This document shows, piece after piece, positions 22,182 to 32,908 of a stretch of DNA of 64,000 nt. The DNA comes from an uncultured bacterium (GTDB lineage Bacteria > Acidobacteriota > Thermoanaerobaculia > Multivoradales > JAHZIX01): NCBI GenBank assembly GCA_965368975.1, contig CBDUPA010000009.1:64001-128000 (forward strand), written 5' to 3'. Position numbers and translations under genes: made by a program. Under the pieces are notes generated by a model, which was given only the letters and a program-made list of their open reading frames with translations, was not told the DNA's origin and ran no database searches. Within the stretch, counting starts at the first letter, position 1, and each line of letters begins with the position of its first letter.

Positions 22182-23138
22182 ATGAGCGTCGAAGTCTCCG
22201 TCATCGTCCCCACTTACAATCGGCTGGAAGTACTGCCGGAGGTGCTGGAAGCCTTGCTCGCCCAGCGCGCGGCGCCGTCGTACGAGCTGATCGTAGTCAA
22301 TGACGGCTCGACGGACGGCACCCGTGTATGGCTCGACGGCTGGCTGCGCCAGGCACAGCTCCACGCTGCCGTCCCGTGTCGTGTCCTGCACCAGGAAAAC
22401 AGCGGCCCGGCGGCGGCGCGCAACGCTGGCGTCGAGGCAGCGCACGGGCACTGGGTGGCCTTCCTGGGTGACGATACCGTCCCCACGCCGGGATGGTTGG
22501 CGGGCCACCGACAGGCACACCGACAGCGCGGCGACCGGCCACACCTGGCAGTCATCGGCTACACCCGCTGGCACCCACGGATGCGGCTCAACCCCTTCCT
22601 GCACTACATCAATGAATACGGTCTGCAGTTCGGATATTCCCTGATCGACGACGCCGAGAACGTCCCGTTCAACTTCTTCTACACCTCCAACCTCTCCCTG
22701 GGCCGTGACCTGCTGCGCGCCGAACCCTTCGACCTGCGCTTTCCCTATGCCGCCTGGGAAGATATCGAGACCAGCTACCGCCTCAGCGGGCGTCATGGCA
22801 TGCGCCTGATCTACGAGCCCGGCGCCGTCGTGCTGCACGACCACCCGACCCGCATCGAGCGCTTTTGCGCCCGGCAGGAGAAGGCCGGCTATTCCGGGGT
22901 CGTTTTCTACGGTCTGCACCCTGAGCTGGGCTCCTTCGTCGGCGTCGGCCCAGACGGTCCACCACCGGTCCCGGATGGCCGCAAGGTACGCTGGCGTGAG
23001 AGACTGGTACGCGCTTTGCAACATGTTCCTGTGAAGCTACCCCGTCTTTGGGAAGACACGCTTCGAGTTCACTACATTCGAGGTCTTCAACGAGGGTGGG
23101 GTGACGAAGCTCACCTCAGGAAAGGAGAAGCATCATGA
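22182..23138 (+). CDS. Glycosyltransferase family 2
   Basis: SVIVPTYNR, VNDGSTD, GPAAARNAG, FLGDD, WEDIE. Confidence 0.93.
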   Translation: MSVEVSVIVPTYNRLEVLPEVLEALLAQRAAPSYELIVVNDGSTDGTRVWLDGWLRQAQLHAAVPCRVLHQENSGPAAARNAGVEAAHGHWVAFLGDDTVPTPGWLAGHRQAHRQRGDRPHLAVIGYTRWHPRMRLNPFLHYINEYGLQFGYSLIDDAENVPFNFFYTSNLSLGRDLLRAEPFDLRFPYAAWEDIETSYRLSGRHGMRLIYEPGAVVLHDHPTRIERFCARQEKAGYSGVVFYGLHPELGSFVGVGPDGPPPVPDGRKVRWRERLVRALQHVPVKLPRLWEDTLRVHYIRGLQRGWGDEAHLRKGEAS

Positions 23139-24934
23139 AATCCACAGCCTGTCGATCTGTGCCTCTCGTGGCTTTCGCGGCGGCGGTGTTGCTGCTCGGG
23201 CTGTGGCCCGCGCTGCCATCACAAGCCGACGGAATCGCCGCATCGACGCTGACCACCATCCACTCCAACTTCAACGGCAACTCGGCCGGAGTCGGCAACG
23301 ACCAGCAGGAGCGTGGCCAAGCCCGCTCGTCGAGTTCCTCCAGCTCGTCGAGTCGTGCCAGCTCCTCAAGCAGTAGCTCTGGCTCCTCCCGGGGTAGTGC
23401 CAGTAGCTCGAGTTCTTCGAGCTCCAGCAGCAGCTCCGGGTCGTCGCGTTCCAGCGCTAGCTCGTCGCGCAGTTCCTCTGGCAGCTCACGCGGCAGCAGC
23501 GCCCGCAGCTCGTCCTCGAGCAGTGGCTCGCGCAGCAGCCGTGGCAGCGCGACCCGCTCGTCCGGCACCCGCAGCTCGTCCAGCGACTCCGGCCGCAGCA
23601 GCCGTGGCACCGCGACGCGCTCGTCCGGTGACTCCGGCCGCAGCAGCCGCGGTACCGCGACGCGCACCACCTCGGGTGACTCCGGCAGTCGTACCGATCG
23701 AGGACGCACCTCCAGCGGACGTACCGACACCACCAGCGGTGACCGTGGCCGGGGCACCTCGACCCGCACCACGCGCAATTATCCCGGCTACGATCGCGGC
23801 GGACGTACCCGCACGGACACTCCGACCTACGGTGGTGGCGGCGGCACTGACTACCGCCCGCGCATCGATCGCGCCGACGAGGATCGCACCGACAACTACC
23901 GGGGTCGTCGGTCCAGTCGTCGCTACAGCTACGACCACTACGGCTACGACTACCCCCATCGCACCTACTACTGCCCCTACGACTTCTGGTACTGGAACTT
24001 CGGTATCGGTCCGGCGGGCTACTGGGCCTGGAGCTGGGGCTGGGACTACCCATTCTACGGCTGGGCCTGGGATGCCGGCTGGCCACGCTACCACTACGGC
24101 TACACCAGCCCGACCGTGTTCTGGAGCGCCAACATCGGATGGGGCGTCCACGCCAACGTCGCCTTCCCGATCTACACCCCGTACTACCGCTACCACGACG
24201 AGCGCTCTGACCTCGGTGGTATCGACCTCAACGTCAACCCGCAGGATGCCGGCGTCTACCTGAACGGCCAGTACATCGGCGTGGTCGACGAGTTCAACGG
24301 CTGGCCAGGCTACCTGTGGCTGGAAGAAGGCATTTACCACCTGGTGGTGTACAAAGAGGGATACGAGACAATTTCCCGTGAGTTCACCATCCAGCGTGGC
24401 GTGGTGCTGAACGTCCGCCAGCGCATGTCCATCGGTATCGCGACGCATCCGGACGAGGTCCCCGTACCGCCCCGCGTGCGCTACGAGATCGAAGCCCAGC
24501 GGCAAGCCGAGGAAGACCGCCTGGCCGAGCGTGACCGCAGCGAGGACGAGTGGCGTCAACGTGCCGCCGAGTATCTCGCTCGTCGTGACGCCGAGCAGTA
24601 CGAAGCGGACACCGGCAGCCGTCGCGGCAGCCTCGAAGGCGTCCTCGACGCTCGCGTCGCTCCCGCTCGCCTGAACATCGACGCCGTCCCCGCGGATGCG
24701 TCCGTCTACCTCGACGGCACCTTCCTCGGTACCGCCGCTGACTTGGCGAGCCGAGGTGGCGTGCTGGTCGATCCGGGTAACCACGTCTTGGAGCTGGTCC
24801 GTCCGGGCTACGACTCCAAGCAACGCTCCTTCACCGTCGAGGCCGGCGACCAGCTGCAGGTCAATCTGCAGCTGGAAAAGGCCGGCGAAGGGACCCGTGA
24901 AGAGGGCGTGGCTGTGTCGTCGCTGGCACCGTAG
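23135..24934 (+). CDS. Secreted PEGA-domain protein with Ser/Arg-rich and Tyr/Trp-rich regions
   Basis: Signal peptide; two PEGA-like domains (P.DAGVYLNG.Y.G...GY; PADASVYLDG...PGY); AAAGGAG RBS; ATGA overlap with the GT2. Confidence 0.85.
   Translation: MKSTACRSVPLVAFAAAVLLLGLWPALPSQADGIAASTLTTIHSNFNGNSAGVGNDQQERGQARSSSSSSSSSRASSSSSSSGSSRGSASSSSSSSSSSSSGSSRSSASSSRSSSGSSRGSSARSSSSSSGSRSSRGSATRSSGTRSSSSDSGRSSRGTATRSSGDSGRSSRGTATRTTSGDSGSRTDRGRTSSGRTDTTSGDRGRGTSTRTTRNYPGYDRGGRTRTDTPTYGGGGGTDYRPRIDRADEDRTDNYRGRRSSRRYSYDHYGYDYPHRTYYCPYDFWYWNFGIGPAGYWAWSWGWDYPFYGWAWDAGWPRYHYGYTSPTVFWSANIGWGVHANVAFPIYTPYYRYHDERSDLGGIDLNVNPQDAGVYLNGQYIGVVDEFNGWPGYLWLEEGIYHLVVYKEGYETISREFTIQRGVVLNVRQRMSIGIATHPDEVPVPPRVRYEIEAQRQAEEDRLAERDRSEDEWRQRAAEYLARRDAEQYEADTGSRRGSLEGVLDARVAPARLNIDAVPADASVYLDGTFLGTAADLASRGGVLVDPGNHVLELVRPGYDSKQRSFTVEAGDQLQVNLQLEKAGEGTREEGVAVSSLAP
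23318..23775 (+). repeat. Low-complexity Ser/Arg coding repeats (SSRG[ST]ATRSSG-like)
   Basis: Poly-Ser runs and repeated GACTCCGGCCGCAGCAGCCG units. Confidence 0.8.
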
Positions 24935-24953
24935 ACCCTTAACTCCCTATTTT

Positions 24954-24981
24954 CCCCCTCTCCCGCTCCGGGGAGAGGGGG
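24954..24981. repeat. Perfect 11-bp hairpin CCCCCTCTCCC-N6-GGGAGAGGGGG (REP-like or terminator)
   Basis: Directly visible just after the PEGA gene stop; no U-tract follows on the + strand. Confidence 0.6.
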
Positions 24982-25107
24982 GACTCCTCCTCCCATCCCC
25001 ATCGGATCTGGATCTCGGGCCGTGTGGCGCCCCTCATCTCCCTCGCGGGGATCCCGCCCACCTCCGCAAACCTGACAATTCCGCGACGCCATCGTAAGAT
25101 TGTCAGC

Positions 25108-26292
25108 ATGTGGATCCCAAGAATCCTAGCTCCTGAACTCCGCCGCCTCGCCAAGACCTTCCCCGTCCTCGTCCTCGTCGGCCCCCGCCAGGTCGGCAAG
25201 ACGACGCTTTTGGAACGCGTGTTCGACGACTACGCCTACCTCCCCCTCGACGTCGCTGGCCACGCCGAGATGGCGGAAACGCAGCCGGACGAGCTGCTGC
25301 GACGCTACCCGCCACCCGTGGTTCTAGACGAGATCCAGTACGCTCCGGCCTTCTTCCGCCACATCAAGACCGCCGTCGACGCCCGCCGAGGCGAGAACGG
25401 CATGTTCATCCTGACCGGCTCGCAGAACTACGCGCTGATGGAAGGTGTGTCCGACAGCCTGGCAGGACGCGCGGCGGTGATTCCGTTTCTGGGACTTTCA
25501 GGCAACGAATGGGGCGTCGTGGACGAGCTGCGGCAGCGCTATGACTGGCGCGAGTTCCTGTGGCGCGGAGGGTACCCGGCCTTGTGGGAGCACCTCGACG
25601 AAGCCGCCCCCCGCGACCGGTGGTACCAGGGGTACCTAACCACCTACTTGGAGCGCGACGTGCGCAACTTGCTCAACGTGGGCAGCTTGCGCGATTTCGA
25701 GCGATTCCTGCGCGCCTGCGCGGCACGCACGGCGCAGACGTTGAACCAGAGTGACCTGGCGCGGGATGTGGGTATCTCCGCTTCGACGGCGAGCGCATGG
25801 CTGAGTACGCTGCAAGCGTCAGGGCAGATCTTCTTGCTCGAGCCGTATCACCGCTCGCTGGGCAAACGCCTCGCCAAGTCCCCCAAGCTCTACTTCGCCG
25901 ATACCGGCCTGGCGGCCTTCCTGCTGGGCTTCGCTTCTGCCGACGCGCTGTTCCGCAGCCCGAGCGCGGGAGCAATGTGGGAGAACTACGTAATCAGCCA
26001 GTGGTTGCGCTGGCGGGACTGGACGGAGCCTTCGACATCACTCTGGTACTGGCGGGACCCGAATGCCGAGGTGGATTTACTGCTGGAGCGCAACGGCAAG
26101 CTGATCGCGGTGGAGTGCAAGCTGAAGCAGACCCCGGTGACGAAAGACCTGCGGGGTATCCGGCGGTTGCGGACGTTCTATGGCGCGGACGAGGTAGCCC
26201 GTGCGTACGTCGCGTGCACGACCGAGGTGCCATACGACGTGGATGACGGCGTGACGGCCATGCCCGGATGGCGAACCTGGGACCTAGACTGA
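25108..26292 (+). CDS. AAA_14 ATPase with DUF4143 domain
   Basis: GPRQVGKTT, LDEIQ, LTGSQ, SLAGR, GGYP, YLERDVR, KSPKLYFADTG, C-terminal EVD...ECK. Confidence 0.92.
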   Translation: MWIPRILAPELRRLAKTFPVLVLVGPRQVGKTTLLERVFDDYAYLPLDVAGHAEMAETQPDELLRRYPPPVVLDEIQYAPAFFRHIKTAVDARRGENGMFILTGSQNYALMEGVSDSLAGRAAVIPFLGLSGNEWGVVDELRQRYDWREFLWRGGYPALWEHLDEAAPRDRWYQGYLTTYLERDVRNLLNVGSLRDFERFLRACAARTAQTLNQSDLARDVGISASTASAWLSTLQASGQIFLLEPYHRSLGKRLAKSPKLYFADTGLAAFLLGFASADALFRSPSAGAMWENYVISQWLRWRDWTEPSTSLWYWRDPNAEVDLLLERNGKLIAVECKLKQTPVTKDLRGIRRLRTFYGADEVARAYVACTTEVPYDVDDGVTAMPGWRTWDLD

Positions 26293-27537
26293 GCGCCCAG
26301 CGTTCTCGGCTGCTTTCGGCAGAGCCTTGATCTCCAGGGCTTCTTGGAAGGCAGGCAGCGTGTCCCGCACCTCGATCGCGAGAGGATCCGTCGTCGAGCG
26401 CAGCCGGATCTCCAAGTTCTCGAGGAGCTTCTCGGCCTCCAGGATGTCTCCCTCCTCCAAGGCCACTGAGAACTGCTGCATCTCGCACAGCAGCCGGCTT
26501 GGCGCTTGTGTTGCCGGCAACCACTCGATGCGCAGAGCGGCCAGGCGTTCGAAGGCTCCTTCGTCCAGGATCTGCCGCAGTGAGCGCGCCTGGAGTGCTG
26601 CCAGGGCCTTTTGTCCCGCCGGGCGTTGCCCTGGGCTGAGTGCGGTGGCGTCCAGCACGCGCTCGACGAGTGCCGGTTCTTCCTCCGCGATCAGCTCGAC
26701 GTGGCGGCGTAGGAAGGGATGAGGAAAATGGCTGACCTCGTGATGTAGCACCGGGGTGAAGCGCAGCAACGGACCGCCAGGCCGGAAGCCGAACCGATCC
26801 CCGAGATAGAGGAAAAACTGCAGAGTCACCTCGACCAGGTAGATCGGCAGCCTCAGGCCTGCAGCGACACCAGCGCTGAAACCGACCAGCGCGGCGGTGG
26901 TGGGAACACCCGGTTCGTAGGCACCGAAGTACAGAAAGCCCAGGTAGAGCCCGATCACGAGGATCATGGGGCTGAGGATGACGCCGGCCTTGGAGGCTGA
27001 GCGACCGGCTCGCAAGCCTCGAGCAAGATCCGGGGCCATTCCGGCCGCGACTCCCAAGGCCAGCATGAAGCCGGTTTCCAAGAGAAAGCCGTTGGCGAGA
27101 CCAAGAGCAAGGCCGAAGGTCGAGGCCAGAATGGCTGCCTCAGGAACACTGATGTAGAGGGACCAGACCAGCATCAACGGGACCCCGATCAGAATCCCGA
27201 AGGCAACGTCTGCCAAGCCCACCGCTACACCTAACCCTGACAATGCAGCTGCCGTTCCCAGCGCCAGCGAAGGCGTAACGATGAGGACGGTGAAAGCCGT
27301 CCGGACCAGGAAGCCTGTCCAGGCGGACCAACCCGGCCGCAGTGATTCCCTACATCGCTGCAGGGCTCCGGCCAGCCCGAGCCGGGTGCGCAAGCGCCTC
27401 CAGACATCGCCGATCGAGTCACCTGGATCGATATCGAGGGCACGCAACCGGCGATGCAGTGCCACGGGTTGCATGAAGAACATCCAGGCGAAGTGAAGGA
27501 AACCTGGAAGCCGTACGCCAAGGGTTTGTCTACTCAC
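26284..27537 (-). CDS. Hypothetical multi-pass membrane protein
   Basis: 417-aa ORF with a G/A/V-rich TM block followed by a helical soluble region. Confidence 0.65.
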   Translation of the reverse strand: MSRQTLGVRLPGFLHFAWMFFMQPVALHRRLRALDIDPGDSIGDVWRRLRTRLGLAGALQRCRESLRPGWSAWTGFLVRTAFTVLIVTPSLALGTAAALSGLGVAVGLADVAFGILIGVPLMLVWSLYISVPEAAILASTFGLALGLANGFLLETGFMLALGVAAGMAPDLARGLRAGRSASKAGVILSPMILVIGLYLGFLYFGAYEPGVPTTAALVGFSAGVAAGLRLPIYLVEVTLQFFLYLGDRFGFRPGGPLLRFTPVLHHEVSHFPHPFLRRHVELIAEEEPALVERVLDATALSPGQRPAGQKALAALQARSLRQILDEGAFERLAALRIEWLPATQAPSRLLCEMQQFSVALEEGDILEAEKLLENLEIRLRSTTDPLAIEVRDTLPAFQEALEIKALPKAAENAGRSV

Positions 27538-27763
27538 GAGGGATCTCCGATTATTCCGAGGTGAACTATAGATGAGAAGCCGGCGATCCGGCCCGGAGAT
27601 AGGTAGACCTACGGCCCGCTGGATTCAAAGTTTGAGACCAGCACCGTGCCACCGCAAGGGTGCAGGCGGAAACATGCGGGACGACCATTTCGTTGCGGTC
27701 TTGGGACCCGACCTCCATACGGTAGACTTTCTCCTCACTACCCACCATCCCGCAGGAGGCCTC

Positions 27764-29698
27764 ATGATCCCCGTCAAGCCGCACATCGCCGCCAATGCCC
27801 ACATTGGTTCCCTGGAGCACTACCACGAGCTGTACCGGGAGTCGATCGAGCAGCCAGACGTCTTCTGGCGCCGGCAGGCGGAGCGCTTGACCTGGTTCCA
27901 GCCACCTTCCTCCGTCTCCGAAACCGACCTGCACGAAGCCGAGTTCTCCTGGTTCGCGGGTGGTCAGCTCAACGCCTCGACCAACTGTGTGGACCGGCAT
28001 GCGGACACGCATCCCGAGCGCACGGCGATCATCTGGGCCAAGGACGAGGCGGGGGAGTACGAGCGGATCAGCTACCGCGAGCTGAAGCGACAGGTGGCGC
28101 GGGTTGCCAATGTGCTGAAGGCCTGCGGGGTGCGCAAGGGCGACCGGGTGTGTATCTACCTGCCAATGATCCCGGAGCTGGCGTACACCATGCTGGCGTG
28201 CGCGCGCATCGGCGCGGTGCACTCCATCGTCTTCGCCGGCTTCTCGGCCGAGGCGCTACGCGATCGCATTCTGGACGCAGGCTGCCGGGTGGTGGTGACG
28301 GCGAACGAAGGGCTTCGCGGCGGTAAGCACATTCCGCTCAAGCACACCACGGACGACGCGGTGGCCGGATTGTCGATCGTGGAGACAGTGTTGGTGGCGC
28401 AGCGCACGGACAAGGACGTGCCGATGCAGGCGGGGCGGGACTTCTGGCTGCACGAGGAGATGGCGAGGCAGCGGCCGGTGTGCCCGGCGGCATGGATGGA
28501 CGCGGAGGACCCACTATTCATCCTCTACACCTCGGGCTCGACCGGCAAACCGAAGGGTGTGCTGCACACGACGGGCGGGTACCTGACGTACACCTCCCTG
28601 ACGCATGAGTACATCTTCGACCTGCAGCCCGGCGACATCTACTGTTGCGCCGCGGATATCGGCTGGATCACCGGCCACAGCTACATCATCTACGGACCGC
28701 TGGCCAACGGCGCCACGACGGTGATGTTCGAGTCGACGCCGGTGTATCCGGACGCCGGCCGCTACTGGCGCATGGTGGACGAGCTGGAGATCACCCAGTT
28801 CTATACCGCCCCGACAGCGATTCGCGCCATTGCGCGGCATGGCGACGAGTGGGTGACGAAGTACAGCCGCGAGTCGCTACGCATCTTGGGCACGGTCGGC
28901 GAGCCGATCAACCCGGAGGTGTGGAATTGGTACCACGACCTGGTGGGCGGTGGCCGCTGCGCGGTGGTGGACACCTGGTGGCAGACGGAGACCGGAGGCG
29001 TGTTGATCACGCCACTGCCGGGAGCGACAGCGACCAAGCCAGGCTCGGCAACGCTACCGTTCTTCGGGATCGAGCCGGTTCTGATGGACGACGACGGCAA
29101 CGAGGTCGAGGGAAACGACGTCTCCGGCAACCTGTGCCTGCAGCGCAGCTGGCCAGGGCAGGCCCGCACCATCTACGGCGACCACGACCGCTTTCTCGAG
29201 ACGTACTTCCGGCGCTTCCCAGGCCTCTACTTCACCGGTGACGGCTGTCGGCGCGACGAGGACGGCTACTACTGGATCACCGGCCGTGTCGACGACGTGC
29301 TCAACGTCTCGGGCCACCGGCTGGGCACGGCGGAGGTCGAGAGTGCGCTGGTGGCGCACGAGGTGGTGGCTGAGGCGGCGGTGGTGGGTTTCCCGCACGA
29401 GATCAAGGGCACGGGTATCTATGCCTACGTCCACCTGACCGAGGAGGCGGAAGAGTGGGACCCGGAAGAGCTGATCGGCGCGCTGAAGGACCAGGTCCGC
29501 CACGCCATCGGCCCGATCGCGACCCCGGATCGCATCCATGTCGCCGCGGGACTGCCGAAGACCCGTTCCGGCAAGATCATGCGCCGCATCCTGCGCAAGA
29601 TCGCAGCCGGTGAGTACACGGACCTGGGCGACATCTCGACGCTGGCAGATCCCGGCGTCGTCGAACAGCTAGTGGAAGAGCACCGCCAGCACGCATGA
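27764..29698 (+). CDS. acs: Acetyl-CoA synthetase
   Basis: [39 protein letters not shown]; AGGAGG RBS before the ATG at 27764. Confidence 0.98.
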   Translation: MIPVKPHIAANAHIGSLEHYHELYRESIEQPDVFWRRQAERLTWFQPPSSVSETDLHEAEFSWFAGGQLNASTNCVDRHADTHPERTAIIWAKDEAGEYERISYRELKRQVARVANVLKACGVRKGDRVCIYLPMIPELAYTMLACARIGAVHSIVFAGFSAEALRDRILDAGCRVVVTANEGLRGGKHIPLKHTTDDAVAGLSIVETVLVAQRTDKDVPMQAGRDFWLHEEMARQRPVCPAAWMDAEDPLFILYTSGSTGKPKGVLHTTGGYLTYTSLTHEYIFDLQPGDIYCCAADIGWITGHSYIIYGPLANGATTVMFESTPVYPDAGRYWRMVDELEITQFYTAPTAIRAIARHGDEWVTKYSRESLRILGTVGEPINPEVWNWYHDLVGGGRCAVVDTWWQTETGGVLITPLPGATATKPGSATLPFFGIEPVLMDDDGNEVEGNDVSGNLCLQRSWPGQARTIYGDHDRFLETYFRRFPGLYFTGDGCRRDEDGYYWITGRVDDVLNVSGHRLGTAEVESALVAHEVVAEAAVVGFPHEIKGTGIYAYVHLTEEAEEWDPEELIGALKDQVRHAIGPIATPDRIHVAAGLPKTRSGKIMRRILRKIAAGEYTDLGDISTLADPGVVEQLVEEHRQHA

Positions 29699-29764
29699 TG
29701 CCCCGGCATGGGGATGCTCATCTTCCCTTCCGGCGCGGCAAAGCCCCACAGGCCCCCCAACGAA

Positions 29765-31222
29765 CTAGTTGACGAGTTCTTCGGGGATCTGGCGCGGCAA
29801 GTAGCGCAGACGCCGCAAGTAGTTCGTGATCCGCTCCACCAGCGGCTGGTCCACCTGACCACCGCTCGCCGACTGACGGAACAGCGTCAAGATCGCCGTG
29901 CCTTCGACGCCGATCTGTTCCGGGTCACAGTGCCCGGCCAGAGAACCAGCCAGCAGGCGCAACTCGCCGAGGCGCTTCTGCTGGGTGAAGACACGCGCCA
30001 AATCAAGGCTGACCAGGACGGCATCGAAATTCTCGCCGCGACGCAGGAAGGCGTTGCGCGTCTCTTGGTAGGTCCGTTCGGCCTCCGCCAGATCGTCGCT
30101 CTCGGCCAGCTTGCCCTCGGTCCAGCGCAGCTGGAGGAGTGCCCGGTCGTGCCCGAGTTCGGAGCAACGCTGGCGAGCTTCTTCCACCAGGGCAACCACG
30201 AGCTCGCTCTGGCTGCTGCTCTCGGCCTGGCCGCTCTCAGCCCTGCAGAGAGCCAGTCGGGTCAGGGCGCGGCAGTAGAGGTGGGCGTCGACGGCCGGGT
30301 CGAGCCGCTCCAGCGCCATTTCCAGCGGTCGCAGACCGCGCTCGGGACGACCGGCGCGATGCAGGGTGATCGCTTGATCGATCAGCGCCCGGCAGCGCAG
30401 CAGCGGCTCGTCGAGCTGGCGGTAGACGGTGACCACGCGGCGGTGCAGCATGAGAGCTTCGTCGAAGCGGCCTTCGTCACGGCGCAGCGCGGCGAGCTGT
30501 TCGAACACGTCGACCACGGACAGGTCGATGCCGGTGCCCTGGCGCTGCAACTCCTGCGCCTTGTCGAACGCCTCGCGCGAAGCCACCAAATTGCCGGCGG
30601 CACGGTGGGCGTTACCCAGGAAGGCCCAGGCGACGGCGCGTTCGTCGCACACTAGGCGGCGGCTGTAGATCTCGGGGCGCAGGTGGTCTCCCACCTCGAC
30701 CGCCAGTCGCGCCAGCTCGACGGCCTCATGGGCTCCGCGTCGCAGGCTGGCCACGCGGCTGGCCTCGCACAGCAAACGGCGCAGCGGTAGCGAGTGGTAG
30801 CGCGGATCGTTGGCCACGACCTGCTGGCACGTCTCGGTGTTGAATGTCATGAGCACGGCCAGGGCTCGCAGAGCGTCCGCCTTTTGGCGCTCGGAGCGCT
30901 GCCGCCAGCCCAGCAATTTTGCGCCGGCGGCACGAATTACGGAGCCGTACTCACTCGGAGCCCCGCTCGGCTGACCTGCCGGTACGGCATCCACTTCGCG
31001 TGCCAAACGCTGCAGCGTCCTGCGGACGGTCTCAGCACAGCGCGGACACGTCGGCACGTAACGAAACACCGGCGCTGCCGGAGCGTAGAGTTCGGCGCCG
31101 GGCTGTGCACCGCGGGGAATCAGCTGCAGCAGCTGACTCAGGACGTCTTCGGAGACGTGTTCATGAACCGAGGATGTCGGTTCCGTCTGGGCGAAGTGTG
31201 CATTTTCCACATTCTGCTCCAT
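29765..31222 (-). CDS. TPR-like helical hypothetical protein with N-terminal CxxC
   Basis: TCPRC near the N-terminus; TPR-like repeats (AWAFLGNAHRAAG..., LRRDEGRFDEAL). Confidence 0.7.
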   Translation of the reverse strand: MEQNVENAHFAQTEPTSSVHEHVSEDVLSQLLQLIPRGAQPGAELYAPAAPVFRYVPTCPRCAETVRRTLQRLAREVDAVPAGQPSGAPSEYGSVIRAAGAKLLGWRQRSERQKADALRALAVLMTFNTETCQQVVANDPRYHSLPLRRLLCEASRVASLRRGAHEAVELARLAVEVGDHLRPEIYSRRLVCDERAVAWAFLGNAHRAAGNLVASREAFDKAQELQRQGTGIDLSVVDVFEQLAALRRDEGRFDEALMLHRRVVTVYRQLDEPLLRCRALIDQAITLHRAGRPERGLRPLEMALERLDPAVDAHLYCRALTRLALCRAESGQAESSSQSELVVALVEEARQRCSELGHDRALLQLRWTEGKLAESDDLAEAERTYQETRNAFLRRGENFDAVLVSLDLARVFTQQKRLGELRLLAGSLAGHCDPEQIGVEGTAILTLFRQSASGGQVDQPLVERITNYLRRLRYLPRQIPEELVN

Positions 31223-31607
31223 GTTCGGCGGTTCTAACTCGGCACTCCGTAGCTCACCCTACCCTTAGCTATCGCTGCCTCTGTCAACCTCGAGATAACC
31301 CGTGCAACCTCCGCTTGTTGGTGCCTCGCCAAGGTGAGTACCGCAAGAGGGTTGGCGGCCGCCGGAGATAGGCTCCGGCGGACCGACCGTAGGGAATCCG
31401 AACACATCGAATGTCAAATCATGCCCAGACCAAAGGAGAAAATCGAAATCATGCTAGCTGCGGCACTCTGAAGGAGTTGTCGCAGTCTGCTTCTATGAAC
31501 AGTGGTGTGGCATGGCGGGAAAATGGGGACAACTTTTTTTCGCACTCGTGGACTGCGCCGTCGCGACAGGCGCGAACCGCCTGAGAATCGGGGCGTTTGC
31601 CCGCGAG

Positions 31608-32621
31608 TCAGAGCGCGCCGAGATCCGCGGCCGTGGGTAGAATGCCGAAGCCATCCGCGGACTGCACCGCCGTGACGATGGCCGCCGCCACGGCGTGCTC
31701 GGCCAGCACGCCGACCTGGTTGACGTGCGCCGGCTGGGTGCCCGACGACAAGACCGCGATCAGATCGCCGTCATAGAGCGTGAGCGCTGGCGCCAGGGCT
31801 CGGTGAAACCCACCGAAAGCCATGTGACAGACCTTGAGTAAACCAGGTTTCGGCAGCGCCGCGTCGGTGATCACTGCGGCCAGGGTGGTGTTGCCTTCCC
31901 ACACCGTCTGGTGCTCGGGCGGCAGGTTCGCCAAGACACGCTCGGCACCGGCCAGCTCGAGACTGTCGGGTGAGCGGCGGCAACCGGCGAGCAGGCGACC
32001 GCTGTCCGGATCACGCACGTCGCCGAAAGCGTTGAGGGCCACCGCCGCCGCCACTGTCGGCCCGCCGGGCACCTTGAGACTGGCGAAGCCGAAGCCGCCC
32101 TTCATTCCTTGTACCGGCCCCAGTGCCTTGCCGACGCTCGCACCCGTGCCGGCACCGACACTGCCAACCTCGACCTCGACGGCCTGGCCCTGTCTCTGCT
32201 GCGCCGCGTGCAGGGCAGCACGCATCATCTCGGGTGTCGGCGCGGCGTCGGCGGAACCGAAGGCAAGGTCGAAGAGGATAGCGGTGGGCACCAGGGGCAC
32301 GGGTCGGTAGCCGGTCTGGAAACCGTAGCCTTGCGCTGCCAGCTCGACCGCGACAGCACCCGCGGCGTCCAGTCCGAAGCCGCTACCGCCGGCAAGCACC
32401 AGGGCATGGGCCCGGCTGGCAACGTGCTCCACTGCGACCAGGGAGTCGAACTGGCGCGTCCCGGTGGCCGAGCCGCGCACTTCGGCCGCTGCCAGCGCAC
32501 CCTCGGGACACAGCAAGAGGGTGACGCCAGTCTTGCCGTCCGTATCCGAGGCGTGAGCAAGAGAGAAACCCGGCACGTCCAAGGATCGGGTCGGGACCGG
32601 AAGCGCGGGCCAGGCATGCAT
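31608..32621 (-). CDS. P1/S58 (DmpA-like) peptidase
   Basis: TGVT, VRGSATGTR, LAGGSGFGL, GSVGAGTG, KGGFG, NAFGDV, GNTT, DGD. Confidence 0.88.
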   Translation of the reverse strand: MHAWPALPVPTRSLDVPGFSLAHASDTDGKTGVTLLLCPEGALAAAEVRGSATGTRQFDSLVAVEHVASRAHALVLAGGSGFGLDAAGAVAVELAAQGYGFQTGYRPVPLVPTAILFDLAFGSADAAPTPEMMRAALHAAQQRQGQAVEVEVGSVGAGTGASVGKALGPVQGMKGGFGFASLKVPGGPTVAAAVALNAFGDVRDPDSGRLLAGCRRSPDSLELAGAERVLANLPPEHQTVWEGNTTLAAVITDAALPKPGLLKVCHMAFGGFHRALAPALTLYDGDLIAVLSSGTQPAHVNQVGVLAEHAVAAAIVTAVQSADGFGILPTAADLGAL

Positions 32622-32908
32622 GGCACGAAGATACCACCCGCCGCGCCGGCCCCCCCCTTGTGGTCGAGCACCGAATCCGGGACAATACTCGGGCTGATGA
32701 CTCGGGCGGGGGGTGCAATTCTCTGCACGGGCATGGTATATGTTGCTGCTGCGGCGCTCGACCCGTCGTCTTCGCAGGTACGGTTCCACGGGTTGCGCTG
32801 CAGAAAGTGTCGAGATCGGCGTTCTGCGGGCCGGCAAGCAAACTAGGTAGAAATTCCAAATCGGCGGCGTTAAGGCTGCGATTCCGCTTCGCTCCGGAAA
32901 GGACGAAC

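Noticed and set aside
31203-31211. Single DnaA-box-like TTTTCCACA
   Set aside because: Isolated and inside a coding sequence; expected by chance.
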